Source: Candidatus Cloacimonadales bacterium (GTDB lineage: Bacteria; Cloacimonadota; Cloacimonadia; Cloacimonadales; DAONDQ01). From it: DNA of 64,000 nt. The translations under genes and the position numbers were made by a program. The DNA lies in assembly GCA_963662275.1 (NCBI GenBank), contig OY759316.1, forward strand, positions 3,616,001 through 3,680,000. Reading direction: 5' to 3'. Shown here piece by piece: positions 50,974 through 60,530 of this stretch. Numbering within the stretch: the stretch's first letter is position 1; every line of letters begins with the position of its first letter. Below the pieces are notes generated by a model. That model ran no database searches. It was given only the letters and a program-made list of their open reading frames with translations, and was not told where the DNA came from.

Positions 50974-52443
50974 ATGCCGGAGTTTAGGAGAACATTTTTC
51001 ATTTTAGCATTTCTTATAGGATGTAGCTTTCTTTCAGCACTAGTTATTGATCATAACTGCACGAGCCAGTCGGTTATACCAGCATCAGCAATTCAATTGG
51101 CAAAATCCAATTTGCATATCGCCTATACACATACTTCCCATGGCAGTCAAATAATAACGGGAATGACAGAACTTGATGCCTTTATGGGAAATACAGGATT
51201 GTATCACTGGAATGATGGACCCTTGGCAGGAGATTTAGATATTGATGACTATGCCATGGGATCCACAGATCTGGGTCTCAATGGAGATCTTTCCTGGTAT
51301 GATCTAACGGTTGATTTTTTAAATGATCCAGCCAATAGTCGTATCAATGTAGTCATGTGGTCATGGTGTGGCGGATGTTCAGATAATACGACAACTGGTA
51401 TCCAAGCCTATTTAAATGCGATGAATCAGTTGGAAATTGCTTATCCTGCGATCAAATTTGTCTATATGACCGGACATCTGGATATTTGGAATGATGCAGC
51501 CTTGAAACAGCATAATCAGCAAATCAGGAATTACTGTATTACCAATAACAAAATACTCTATGACTTTGCAGATATTGAAAGTTATAATCCGGATGGTGTA
51601 TTTTATCAGTATGCAACAGATAGCTGCGATTATTATGCTGATACCTATGGAGATACATACCTGGGTAACTGGGGCACAAGTTGGCAAGATACATATCCCG
51701 GGCAATGGTATTCTTGTGAAGCGCAACACACTGAACCAGTCAATGCCAATATGAAAGCCTATGCTGCATGGTGGTTATGGGCACGATTAGCTGGATGGAA
51801 CGCACAAGTCAATTCAGAACGATTTGCACTCCATTCGACCACGCTTCACAACTACACAGGACCGGGTGTAGGAATTCAATTTACAGGTGTAGGCAATACT
51901 GCTGCCACGAAAATGACTATTGCCAAAATCACCGGAGGACCGGGAACTTATGGCAGCTTACCTGCCTATATTACACAGGTTAGCAGTACAGCTTACTGGA
52001 CACTTCATTCTTCAAGAGGAAATGTGGGCAATTATTCTCTTACACTCAATCTTACAGGAATCGTCAGTGCTCTCGATTTTCCGAATATCTGTATATTAAA
52101 GAGAACCGTTGATAATTCAGCTTGGGTTGATGTGAGTTCCTATGTAACGAGCAGAGTATATCCGAATATAACGCTTTCCGGTCTGATCGGTTATGGTGAT
52201 TTTGTGACTGCCACAGCAACACCTCTTGCTACTCCGGTAGTTCAGAATATTACCTATACTGCTAACAAAGTTAGGATACAATGGCAGGCTGTTTCTACAG
52301 CAACATCCTACCAGGTGATTTCTGCGACAAGCCCATCAGGGTCATATACTACAGCAACGGGTGGAACCTATAGCGGTACAAGCTGGTCAATTACTCCAGC
52401 GGATTCGAAGAAATTCTTCAAGGTAAAAGCAATCAGAAATTAA
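50974..52443 (+). CDS. Secreted protein: putative hydrolase domain + C-terminal Fn3-like module ending KKFFKVKA
   Basis: Signal peptide; HTSHGSQI, WSWCG, YMTGH, YDFADIESY, AAWWLWARLAGW look like a conserved catalytic domain (SGNH-like is a guess). Confidence 0.7.
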   Translation: MPEFRRTFFILAFLIGCSFLSALVIDHNCTSQSVIPASAIQLAKSNLHIAYTHTSHGSQIITGMTELDAFMGNTGLYHWNDGPLAGDLDIDDYAMGSTDLGLNGDLSWYDLTVDFLNDPANSRINVVMWSWCGGCSDNTTTGIQAYLNAMNQLEIAYPAIKFVYMTGHLDIWNDAALKQHNQQIRNYCITNNKILYDFADIESYNPDGVFYQYATDSCDYYADTYGDTYLGNWGTSWQDTYPGQWYSCEAQHTEPVNANMKAYAAWWLWARLAGWNAQVNSERFALHSTTLHNYTGPGVGIQFTGVGNTAATKMTIAKITGGPGTYGSLPAYITQVSSTAYWTLHSSRGNVGNYSLTLNLTGIVSALDFPNICILKRTVDNSAWVDVSSYVTSRVYPNITLSGLIGYGDFVTATATPLATPVVQNITYTANKVRIQWQAVSTATSYQVISATSPSGSYTTATGGTYSGTSWSITPADSKKFFKVKAIRN

Positions 52444-52579
52444 CGAATATAAAAAGACAGACAGCAATGTATCGCACCTAGAACCTAACACCTAGAACCT
52501 TGAACCTTCTGCGTTCAGTGCATTTGCCTTGACAATTTTAGGCTACTTCATTCGTTGGATAAAAACTAGAAATAAATCG

Positions 52580-52655
52580 GGGCCTATAGCTCAGCTGGTA
52601 GAGCCTCCGGCTCATAACCGGATGGTCAGGGGTTCGACTCCCTTTGGGCCCACCA
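52580..52655 (+). tRNA. tRNA with CAT anticodon, most likely tRNA-Ile2 (lysidine)
   Basis: 76-nt cloverleaf: acceptor GGGCCTA/TGGGCCC, anticodon arm TCCGG-CTCATAA-CCGGA, TTCGA loop, encoded CCA; lacks initiator features (G1-C72 paired, no GGG/CCC anticodon stem). Confidence 0.93.
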
Positions 52656-52660
52656 TACAT

Positions 52661-52687
52661 GTAGAGACGCTCTATACGAGCGTCTCT
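52661..52687. repeat. GTAG REP immediately after the tRNA, probable terminator
   Basis: gtagagacgctctatacgagcgtctct followed by a T-rich tract. Confidence 0.75.
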
Positions 52688-52985
52688 TATTTTATTATTT
52701 ACAGATATTAATTAATCAATCTTTTTTTGATATATACTGTCAATCTGATAATCAGGTACAAGACTGTGTTTGCTTCCTTCACAAATATTCCCCATATATT
52801 ATACCTGTTTCAATCCTGTTTGATACCAGTTTCATTCCTGTTTCATACCAGTTTCATTCCTGTTTCGAGACACTGGATTAGAATAGGATTGAAACTTGTT
52901 TGAGCTTGGATATTAACCAGAATAATGTATGCAGCTTCTGAGAGCCATACAATATTGCCGTCTTGAAACAACTGAATCCGAGTAT

Positions 52986-53132
52986 TTGGAGTTCAATTTT
53001 CCATTGAATTTACTACGATTTCTCAAGTAAAAGGAAATTCGGACTTTCTGAATCTGATAATAAGAAGTATGAAGTCCACTCATCCTTTTAGCTAATCCCA
53101 ATAGATAGATACGAAGGATGAATGAACTCCAA
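52986..53132. repeat. Two divergent TGGAGTTCA hairpin copies in inverted orientation
   Basis: 52986-53047 (+) and 53071-53132 (-). Confidence 0.7.
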
Positions 53133-53147
53133 ACTTCCAGAAAGCAG

Positions 53148-53477
53148 AGAATCAAACTCTCCCCTACCCCTCCCTTTATCCAAAGGGAGGGAAATCAGAC
53201 CGGGTGCTGACTTGTACCATTCCTTTATCCAAAGGGAGGGAAATCAGACCGGATGCTGACTTGTACCATTCCTTTATCTAAAGGGAGGGAAATCAGACCG
53301 GGTGCTGACTTGTACCATTCCTCCCTTTATCCAAAGGGAGGGAAATCAGACCGGGTGCTGACTTGTACCATTCCTCCCTTTATCCAAAGGGAGGGAAATC
53401 AGACCGGATGCTGACTTGTACCATTCCTCCCTTTGGATAAAGGGAGGTGGCACTTTAGTGTCGGAGAGTTTGATTCT
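53148..53477. repeat. CTCCCTTT/AAAGGGAG element with five direct 49-53 bp units plus one inverted unit, 15-bp terminal IR
   Basis: Units at 53174, 53223, 53272, 53325, 53378; ends agaatcaaactctcc and ggagagtttgattct. Confidence 0.92.
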
Positions 53478-53483
53478 GAGGAT

Positions 53484-53598
53484 TTGGAGTTCAAATGCCC
53501 TAAACAAATTATCATTGAATACGTGATGAAAAGGGCATTCGGACTTCAAACCCGACCTTTCATACTCGGTAGCGAAAACTCGTTTTCTTGGAAGTTCA
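53484..53598 (+). repeat. TGGAGTTCA hairpin + GGTAGCGAAAAC module, copy without insert
   Basis: Aligns to 16812-17053 minus the internal element. Confidence 0.85.
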
Positions 53599-53633
53599 AC
53601 GGCTGCAGTATTTTTATATCAGCTTTAAAGTAT

Positions 53634-56600
53634 TTATTTAAAAGCTTTTACGTAATAAAATCTCTTCATATCAGTCGGGAAAGTAGTTGCTGTCCACGTA
53701 ACACGTCCTCCACTAGAATTGAATGAACCTGAGGATGTGATATCTGTATATGTTGTATAAGGTTGAAGAGAAGTAGAGAATACCTGGTAGCTTGTTGCTG
53801 TTGGAACAGAATCCCAACTGACATCCAACTGGCTACTGCTAGTACTGATAGAAACATTTTGTGGTGGATCTATGGAAATTGTTGGTTTACTCCAAGCAAG
53901 CACATCATTGACCCAGATGTTAGTACCATCTGTTTCCAAAACGATATCTTCAGCTTCAGACAAATCATTCGACCCTGCACCCGTCCAAGTGTTCCAATCA
54001 AGTGCAGTAGAATATATCTGAGAACCAACCGTTTCGAGCATCCCAGTGACTGTATAACTTGGATGACCGAAGGAATTGTTACCTACGCTAATTACTGAAA
54101 TCGCTGGTGATGCTTCAGTGAGGAAAGCCATCGATGTACCATTGATGGAACCGTGATGACTGACTTTCAGGACATCAATATTCACATCGAAATTACTGGT
54201 TATATAAGCATTCGTAGCCAGTTCCATATCACCCGTAAAGAGAAAGCTGATATTTCCATACATCATTTTCATGACAATAGATCTGTCATTCTCAGATGTT
54301 CTGTCTGGTGGAGGGTTGAGAATCGTAGTATCCAATACCCAACTCAGGCTGGAAGTGTTATTCACTGTTTGGATGGGGATACCCTGAGCAGCGATGTCTG
54401 CCATTAATGTTGCCCAGGTGGTAGAAGTGGAATTATCACTATTCTTCACAAATTTATCCACTGTAAAATCAAGCGATTCCAGCATTTGGGGGAATTCACC
54501 ATAATGGTCAAAATCAGGATGGCTGATCATGATCGCATCTAAATGAGTAACACCTTTGCTGATAAGATAAGTCATGAGTTTATTGGAGGAAAGATCTTTT
54601 CCTGAATCTATCAGATAGTTATGCGTACCACGCTGGATAAGACAGGCATCTCCCTGCCTGACATCGATATAAGTCACCTTGATACGCTCTGAAGACCCGC
54701 TTTGCGTGGTTGCATTGGCACTGATGGCAGTTGAATAATGGTTCTCCAAGTCAACTGACCATGCTTTATAATAATATGTGGTGGTTGGGTTCAATCCATT
54801 ATGCGAGTAAGTTGTTCCATTCGCATTAAAAATAACAGTTCCTCCTCCGGTTATGGAAGCCCCAACTGCATATGAACCTGAAGGTGTCCCAAAAGTATTG
54901 CTTGTTGAATAGGCTACGAGTACATTGTCATTTGTGGTATTTTGCTGCCAGGTGAGAGATACCGAAGATGAACTGGAAGCCGTTGCAACCAGATTTGAAG
55001 GATTGTCAACAGACCCTGAATAAACAACTGTGACAGAGTCTGTATTTGAATTTGCACTTAATTCGCTGGATGTGCTGAATGCACGAACACGATAAAAATA
55101 TTCGGTATTGGGAGTTAAACCTGTGACGGATTGGCTGGTTCCTGTAACCAATAAGTCGTTATAACCAGTGACATAAGTATTTGGTGTATAATTCCCAGTG
55201 ATCAGAACATCATCAAGACCTACATTTCCGGCATCTTTTGTATAAGTAAATCGTATCTTTGTTGTTGTAGATTGAAGAGGGAATGTCTTTACCGTGCCGG
55301 AAGTAGGAAGATTCAAATCACCAATACCACTGGGAGTGAGGGTAGCAACAGTCACCCAGGCAGCATTGCTGAATTCTTCAATGAGGAAAGAGCTCGTGGT
55401 GGATGCTGTGGATGTTCCTTTAACCCAAAAACTGATCGAATTGGGATTTGCAAGAGTAGGAGTAACAACATTATCATTTGTTGTATCAAATTTAATGGAG
55501 GGAGATGTAACTCCGAAATAACCTGCACCGGTATAAGTGCTTGTAATTCCACTGAATGTCCATCCTGTGGGAGCAGGAGTACCGGAAGATCCGACGCTGT
55601 TGAAACCTTCATTGATTAAAGTGGAAGAACCTCCAACAGAGAATATCGGTTGTGTAGCAACATCTAATCGATAACTCTGGGCATTGGTAACAGGTTGCCA
55701 GTTTGCACGGAAACTTACATTCGTAATATTGGAAGCAGGCAGTAGAATAGGGGCAGGAAAACTGGATGTCGTGAAGCTTGTTTCTGTTCCATATGCGGTA
55801 CCGCCATTATTGGAAGCATAAGAATTTACATAATACAATGTACTCGCTGCTAATCCTGTCACACTTTCTGAGAATGCACCTGTCGTTGCAGAAGCATCTG
55901 GAAACTGGGTGACACCAACGCCACCGATTTGCGGATTAGTTGTTGCACTGACAACAATACCTCTGCCCGTTATGGAAGAACCACCATCAGAAACAACAGT
56001 TCCTGCTGCAAGACAACCATAATGTGTAATGGCACTAATGCTGCCAGTGGTAACAGTGGGCGTTGAATAATTTGGTGCTACTGTACCGATGATCTCCAAG
56101 TCTGGATTACTGCCTTCAAAACCTGCTGAACCAGATGTCCCGGATGCACTGTAACCATACATACGGAAAGTGATATTTCCTGTCTGATTGCTGATTGTCG
56201 TAATTGGTAACGTTTGATTGATTCCCGTCGTTGCTGAGGTTGTAAATGATCCCAAGTCAGTAGCATAATCATCCACACTGCTGCGGAAGGTAAATGCAGT
56301 AGGACCAGTCGAAGAACGCTCCATATGGAAATGAAGAGAAGTGATATTCATGGCATAGCTTGAACCAGGAGAAATAACAAATTGCATATACTTATTATTC
56401 GTGATAGCTGTTGCCAGGCTTGTCGTTGTTTGCCAGTTTGTAGCATTGAATCTATCTGCATTCCCCGCCGCAGTAAGACCAGCCCCACGGGAGATTACTC
56501 CACTGGGGGCTGTGGATGATACATTCGCAGCAACAACATTCGCAGCGACGGATACTTCACTTCCGGAACCACCGGAAAACTCCCAGGACATTAGTGTTAT

Positions 56601-56660
56601 ACCCAAGAGATTAGTAAGGAGAAAAGCGAGGATAATCAAAACATATATTCTTTTATGCAT
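53634..56660 (-). CDS. Secreted Fn3-repeat protein with ComEC/Rec2-like metallo-beta-lactamase domain
   Basis: Signal peptide; Fn3 motifs (GLTPNTEYFYRVRA); DVRQGDA, SHPDFDH, LFTGD, KVSHHGS, ISVG..FGHP; terminal KRFYYVKA module. Confidence 0.88.
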   Translation of the reverse strand: MHKRIYVLIILAFLLTNLLGITLMSWEFSGGSGSEVSVAANVVAANVSSTAPSGVISRGAGLTAAGNADRFNATNWQTTTSLATAITNNKYMQFVISPGSSYAMNITSLHFHMERSSTGPTAFTFRSSVDDYATDLGSFTTSATTGINQTLPITTISNQTGNITFRMYGYSASGTSGSAGFEGSNPDLEIIGTVAPNYSTPTVTTGSISAITHYGCLAAGTVVSDGGSSITGRGIVVSATTNPQIGGVGVTQFPDASATTGAFSESVTGLAASTLYYVNSYASNNGGTAYGTETSFTTSSFPAPILLPASNITNVSFRANWQPVTNAQSYRLDVATQPIFSVGGSSTLINEGFNSVGSSGTPAPTGWTFSGITSTYTGAGYFGVTSPSIKFDTTNDNVVTPTLANPNSISFWVKGTSTASTTSSFLIEEFSNAAWVTVATLTPSGIGDLNLPTSGTVKTFPLQSTTTKIRFTYTKDAGNVGLDDVLITGNYTPNTYVTGYNDLLVTGTSQSVTGLTPNTEYFYRVRAFSTSSELSANSNTDSVTVVYSGSVDNPSNLVATASSSSSVSLTWQQNTTNDNVLVAYSTSNTFGTPSGSYAVGASITGGGTVIFNANGTTYSHNGLNPTTTYYYKAWSVDLENHYSTAISANATTQSGSSERIKVTYIDVRQGDACLIQRGTHNYLIDSGKDLSSNKLMTYLISKGVTHLDAIMISHPDFDHYGEFPQMLESLDFTVDKFVKNSDNSTSTTWATLMADIAAQGIPIQTVNNTSSLSWVLDTTILNPPPDRTSENDRSIVMKMMYGNISFLFTGDMELATNAYITSNFDVNIDVLKVSHHGSINGTSMAFLTEASPAISVISVGNNSFGHPSYTVTGMLETVGSQIYSTALDWNTWTGAGSNDLSEAEDIVLETDGTNIWVNDVLAWSKPTISIDPPQNVSISTSSSQLDVSWDSVPTATSYQVFSTSLQPYTTYTDITSSGSFNSSGGRVTWTATTFPTDMKRFYYVKAFK

Positions 56661-56819
56661 TTTATTACTTCCTTTATCAGTTTATATTAGGTAATACTAA
56701 TCAAATCCTGTTCCACGTAAAGCATTTTCATCAAATGAGTAGAAAAAACTTTACATCATGGAACAAAACTGACTGTATATTTCTTAAGTATATTGTGTTT
56801 AATGTATTAGGGGTTGTAC

Positions 56820-59800
56820 ATGCAAAAATTATTGCTGAACCTAGTGTTAGCCTTGCTTTTCCTGCCTTTGTGCGGGATAGATAGTATGATCAGGAACAAT
56901 GACAAACTTTTACCGCAAATGAATGATGGTTATATGACTTTGCAGACTTCCGATGAACTGCCAATTTATGCTGATAAAGCAGGTGATCCCGCTATTCCTC
57001 TTACACATCATTTCTTTCAAATACCTGCCAATTGCAGTATTGAATCTATTGAAATTGTCCCACTGGATGTCAAACAAACGATATTATCCGCACCGGTGAT
57101 TCCAATTCAAAAAACATATCCACTTTCCTATGAAGGAACACCTGAATTTGTGTTACCAAATGCTGTTTACGGACAAAGAAGCATGTATCCTACAAATTAT
57201 TTGTCACATTTTGGTGATGGATATAGCGGTAGTGTACACATTGGATATGTCACTTACTATACTGCTCAATATGAACCGGTGAGTAAGACCCTGTTTCAGC
57301 CAAGTCAATTTAGAATTGAAGTCAATTACACAAATGATCGAAGTGACAAAATCAATCGTAACAACGTAGTCACTAATGATGTGCTATCTTCTTTAGGATT
57401 AGATATAGCCAGGGCAGCGACTGATACAACAGGATATTTACTTATCTATCCTGCTTCACTTGCCGATGCCTATGCTCCACTTGTGGAATGGAGAAAGAAA
57501 CAGGGACTTCGCGTATTTACGCAAACGGTTGAATACATCAATTCGCATTATGGAGGTGTCGATTTACAGGCAAATATCCGATTCTATATCAGGTTCATGT
57601 ATTGGGGTGAGAACATCTCCTATGTAACATTAGGCGCTGATACAGAGCAAATTCCTGATAGAAAGTTCTTCGCATTTGATTGTCATTTTGGCTACCAGGC
57701 AGATGAAAACAGTATCCCCGCTGATATGTATTATGCAAACCTGGATGGCAGTTTTGATAATAACCAGAATGGAATATATGGAGAAGAAGGATTGTTCCCA
57801 ATGGAACAGCCTGGATGGTATTATTTAGAAGAACCTGATTATTTCCCTGAGGTTTATGTTGGCAGAATTAGTGCTCATAATGTTGAAGATGTTACGGATT
57901 ATGTGAACCGCTTGATTGCGTATGAGCAGGGACATTTACCTAACTACAACAATTCTGTGGGCTTAGTTATGGATTTATGGGCAGGTTCGAATAGCGTACA
58001 ATGCCAGCAATACATCGTTGAAAAAGACTTTCCCCCATATTATGATAATACTCTTCTGAACCAGGAGGATAATAACGTTTCGAATGCTCTCAGTGCTATG
58101 TCATGGAATCCTAATATCGTACAGCATACCGGTCATGCCAACCAGAATCTGATGGCTTTGCGGCATGGTTATATAAATAATGACTTCATGACACAACTGC
58201 ATAATGATTATGGCGGGTTGTTTTATTCGATCGGTTGCTGGTCTGAGGCAATTGACTATTCTTCCATCGGTGAAAAAATGGTTATGACTCCCGGAAAAGG
58301 AATGCTGGCTTTTGTGGGAAACTCACGCTTCGGTTGGGGTGCTCCAATTGCCCCGGGTTTTGGATACTCAGAGTTCTTCCAGAAACAATTCTTTCATCTT
58401 CTCTTCAAGGAAAACATCACACATATCGGAGCTGCTAATGCCCTGCAGAAGCTGCCGTTTGTTCCTTATTGCTATGGTACTTCTGTATTTAAGTGGGTTA
58501 CCTATGAATTGAATGAAACAGGAGATTCTTATTTCAGATTATTCACCGACAACCCCAAGCCCTTGATCTATCATATTACGAAAACAGGAGATGGATCTTT
58601 GATTACTGTTCTTTGTGAAGGGAATCCGGTTCCTAATGCCAAGATTTACTTTGAAGAGAGTAACCGGTGCTATGCTGCAGATGTAAATGGAATTGCTTTT
58701 ATCATATCAGCAGATTCCCTGGAGAATAAGGTATTTTCAATTTATGCTGAAGGTTATCAGACAGTTTTGGATGGAGTACTCTCAAGTACTGAAGATGTCT
58801 CCATAGTTGCATTTTACCCTCGGGATGATGCGTGGGAGTATTACTACGAGTACGACGATAGATATGAACTCAGACAATGCGGGAACTATCATTCATCCGT
58901 GCTTATCAATAATGCTGCCAGCGAAGCTCTGGCGTGTCATATTGAGTTGTTAGCAGATACAACGATCGTTCATATAGAGAACTCTGAAATTGAAACAACC
59001 TTAGCAGCGAATACTATACAGGAATATCGTGCTCCAAATTTTAGTGTCATCTATACTGAAAACACGCCGTTGTTGCCCAAGGGTTATCCGTTAACCATCC
59101 AAATTAAATTAACCGTGAACCGTAGTGGTAACGAGGAAATCATCACTCGTGATTTTGTATATCCTCTCTCTGGTCCGGAAGTTTGTATTGAAAATCTGGA
59201 TATTGAAAGCGATGCAGTCCTTCCCGGAACATCTGTTCCGTTTACGATTAGTTTTACGGAACCCATACATAGTCCGTTTAATATTAGCAAAGTAACTATA
59301 TCTTCAGATATCATCACTTTCAATGAATCACATCAAACGATTCATTACAACTCCGTATCAACAGATTCAACTATCCTGAGAGGATTTATTGGCAATTTTA
59401 TGACGATCCCCGGTAATCTTGAAGACGGTCAGATCATTCCGATACACGTTATTGTCGGTGATTCCAGGGGTCAAGGTTATCATGTCGAAAAGACACTGAT
59501 GATACCTGTTGGAAAGCTGTATTACTTCAATGATTTCAATCAATCACTGGATATGACCGGTGATCCTGAATGGCAAAGAGTTGTTGCTCCAATTGCACAA
59601 ACGGGTGGGCAAGCAAATTCTGCTCTTAGCTGCCGACCAACAGAATATGGAACATATACATTAGCCAGCCCTGATTTCGTGTACAGAGAAGGTACCCAAA
59701 TATCCTTTGATTATTTCTACAAGATGCCCATGTACGGAAAAGATGGAGTATTCATAAAACTTGTACATAATACAACCAGTGAAGATATATTATTCCTTGG

Positions 59801-60335
59801 TTCAGGTGGCGCTTTGGGACGTGTAAGCACTTCAGATTACATTACCAGTAACTGGGCGTCTTATGAGCTCGATCTGGCAAACCTGCCATTACATCCTTTG
59901 CAGGTGGGAGATTTGTTCCATCTGGAATTCTCCTTTGTGTATGCTGATACAACAGGGCTTAATAACTACACAGAGATGCCGGATGTGGGAGTATTTATTG
60001 ATGATCTGAAGATCTTCAATGATATGACAGGTTCTCAAACTAATGTGACACAACCAATCATACGAATCCTAGCTTACCCAAATCCAATCGATCAGTTTGC
60101 TTTTCTCAAAATTGATCTTCTTAGCTGGACAAATACAACCTATGATTTGAATATCTACAATATTCGTGGTCAAAGAGTCTATCATACGAAAGGGGTCGTT
60201 GAAGGAACAAAAACTAAAAGGCTGATTTGGAATAAAGTGGATGACCGAGGTTCTAAAGTTGCCAGTGGAGTTTATCTAGTAAAAATCAAAGCTGCAGGTA
60301 GGGAAGTTACGAAAAAAATCATAATCATTAATTAA
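56820..60335 (+). CDS. C25 family (gingipain-like) cysteine peptidase with propeptide and CTD
   Basis: Signal peptide, GDPAIP propeptide motif, EWRKKQG, YVTLGAD, DMYYANLDG, PEVYVGRI, HTGH and SIGC (His/Cys dyad), AYPNP...IYNIRGQ...ASGVYLV. Confidence 0.88.
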   Translation: MQKLLLNLVLALLFLPLCGIDSMIRNNDKLLPQMNDGYMTLQTSDELPIYADKAGDPAIPLTHHFFQIPANCSIESIEIVPLDVKQTILSAPVIPIQKTYPLSYEGTPEFVLPNAVYGQRSMYPTNYLSHFGDGYSGSVHIGYVTYYTAQYEPVSKTLFQPSQFRIEVNYTNDRSDKINRNNVVTNDVLSSLGLDIARAATDTTGYLLIYPASLADAYAPLVEWRKKQGLRVFTQTVEYINSHYGGVDLQANIRFYIRFMYWGENISYVTLGADTEQIPDRKFFAFDCHFGYQADENSIPADMYYANLDGSFDNNQNGIYGEEGLFPMEQPGWYYLEEPDYFPEVYVGRISAHNVEDVTDYVNRLIAYEQGHLPNYNNSVGLVMDLWAGSNSVQCQQYIVEKDFPPYYDNTLLNQEDNNVSNALSAMSWNPNIVQHTGHANQNLMALRHGYINNDFMTQLHNDYGGLFYSIGCWSEAIDYSSIGEKMVMTPGKGMLAFVGNSRFGWGAPIAPGFGYSEFFQKQFFHLLFKENITHIGAANALQKLPFVPYCYGTSVFKWVTYELNETGDSYFRLFTDNPKPLIYHITKTGDGSLITVLCEGNPVPNAKIYFEESNRCYAADVNGIAFIISADSLENKVFSIYAEGYQTVLDGVLSSTEDVSIVAFYPRDDAWEYYYEYDDRYELRQCGNYHSSVLINNAASEALACHIELLADTTIVHIENSEIETTLAANTIQEYRAPNFSVIYTENTPLLPKGYPLTIQIKLTVNRSGNEEIITRDFVYPLSGPEVCIENLDIESDAVLPGTSVPFTISFTEPIHSPFNISKVTISSDIITFNESHQTIHYNSVSTDSTILRGFIGNFMTIPGNLEDGQIIPIHVIVGDSRGQGYHVEKTLMIPVGKLYYFNDFNQSLDMTGDPEWQRVVAPIAQTGGQANSALSCRPTEYGTYTLASPDFVYREGTQISFDYFYKMPMYGKDGVFIKLVHNTTSEDILFLGSGGALGRVSTSDYITSNWASYELDLANLPLHPLQVGDLFHLEFSFVYADTTGLNNYTEMPDVGVFIDDLKIFNDMTGSQTNVTQPIIRILAYPNPIDQFAFLKIDLLSWTNTTYDLNIYNIRGQRVYHTKGVVEGTKTKRLIWNKVDDRGSKVASGVYLVKIKAAGREVTKKIIIIN

Positions 60336-60363
60336 AAAAGGGATGATGAGAAGCATCCCTTTT
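60336..60363. terminator. Bidirectional intrinsic terminator between convergent genes
   Basis: aaaagggatg-atgagaag-catccctttt. Confidence 0.7.
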
Positions 60364-60530
60364 CATGAGCATTTGGAACAATACAAATTATTCCAAATAA
60401 TGAGGAGAAGATTCATATGTGCTTTTATATGAACGGCGTTACTCACCGATTTTGTTCTCTATCTCCAAAGTTTTAACATGATTATCTCAGAATGATGATT
60501 CACGAAGTAAAGTAATACGATTACACATCA

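Noticed and set aside
52580..52700. tRNA as an integration site of a genomic island
   Set aside because: No integrase and no duplicated tRNA 3' end found in the window.
53174..53446. CRISPR array
   Set aside because: Spacers are near-identical and the last repeat is inverted; it is a tandem amplification.
53346..53726. Small ORFs over repeat arrays (also 27396-27626, 27421-27786, 23483-23689, 33527-33724, 35475-35762)
   Set aside because: They translate repeat or intron RNA sequence; no independent coding evidence.
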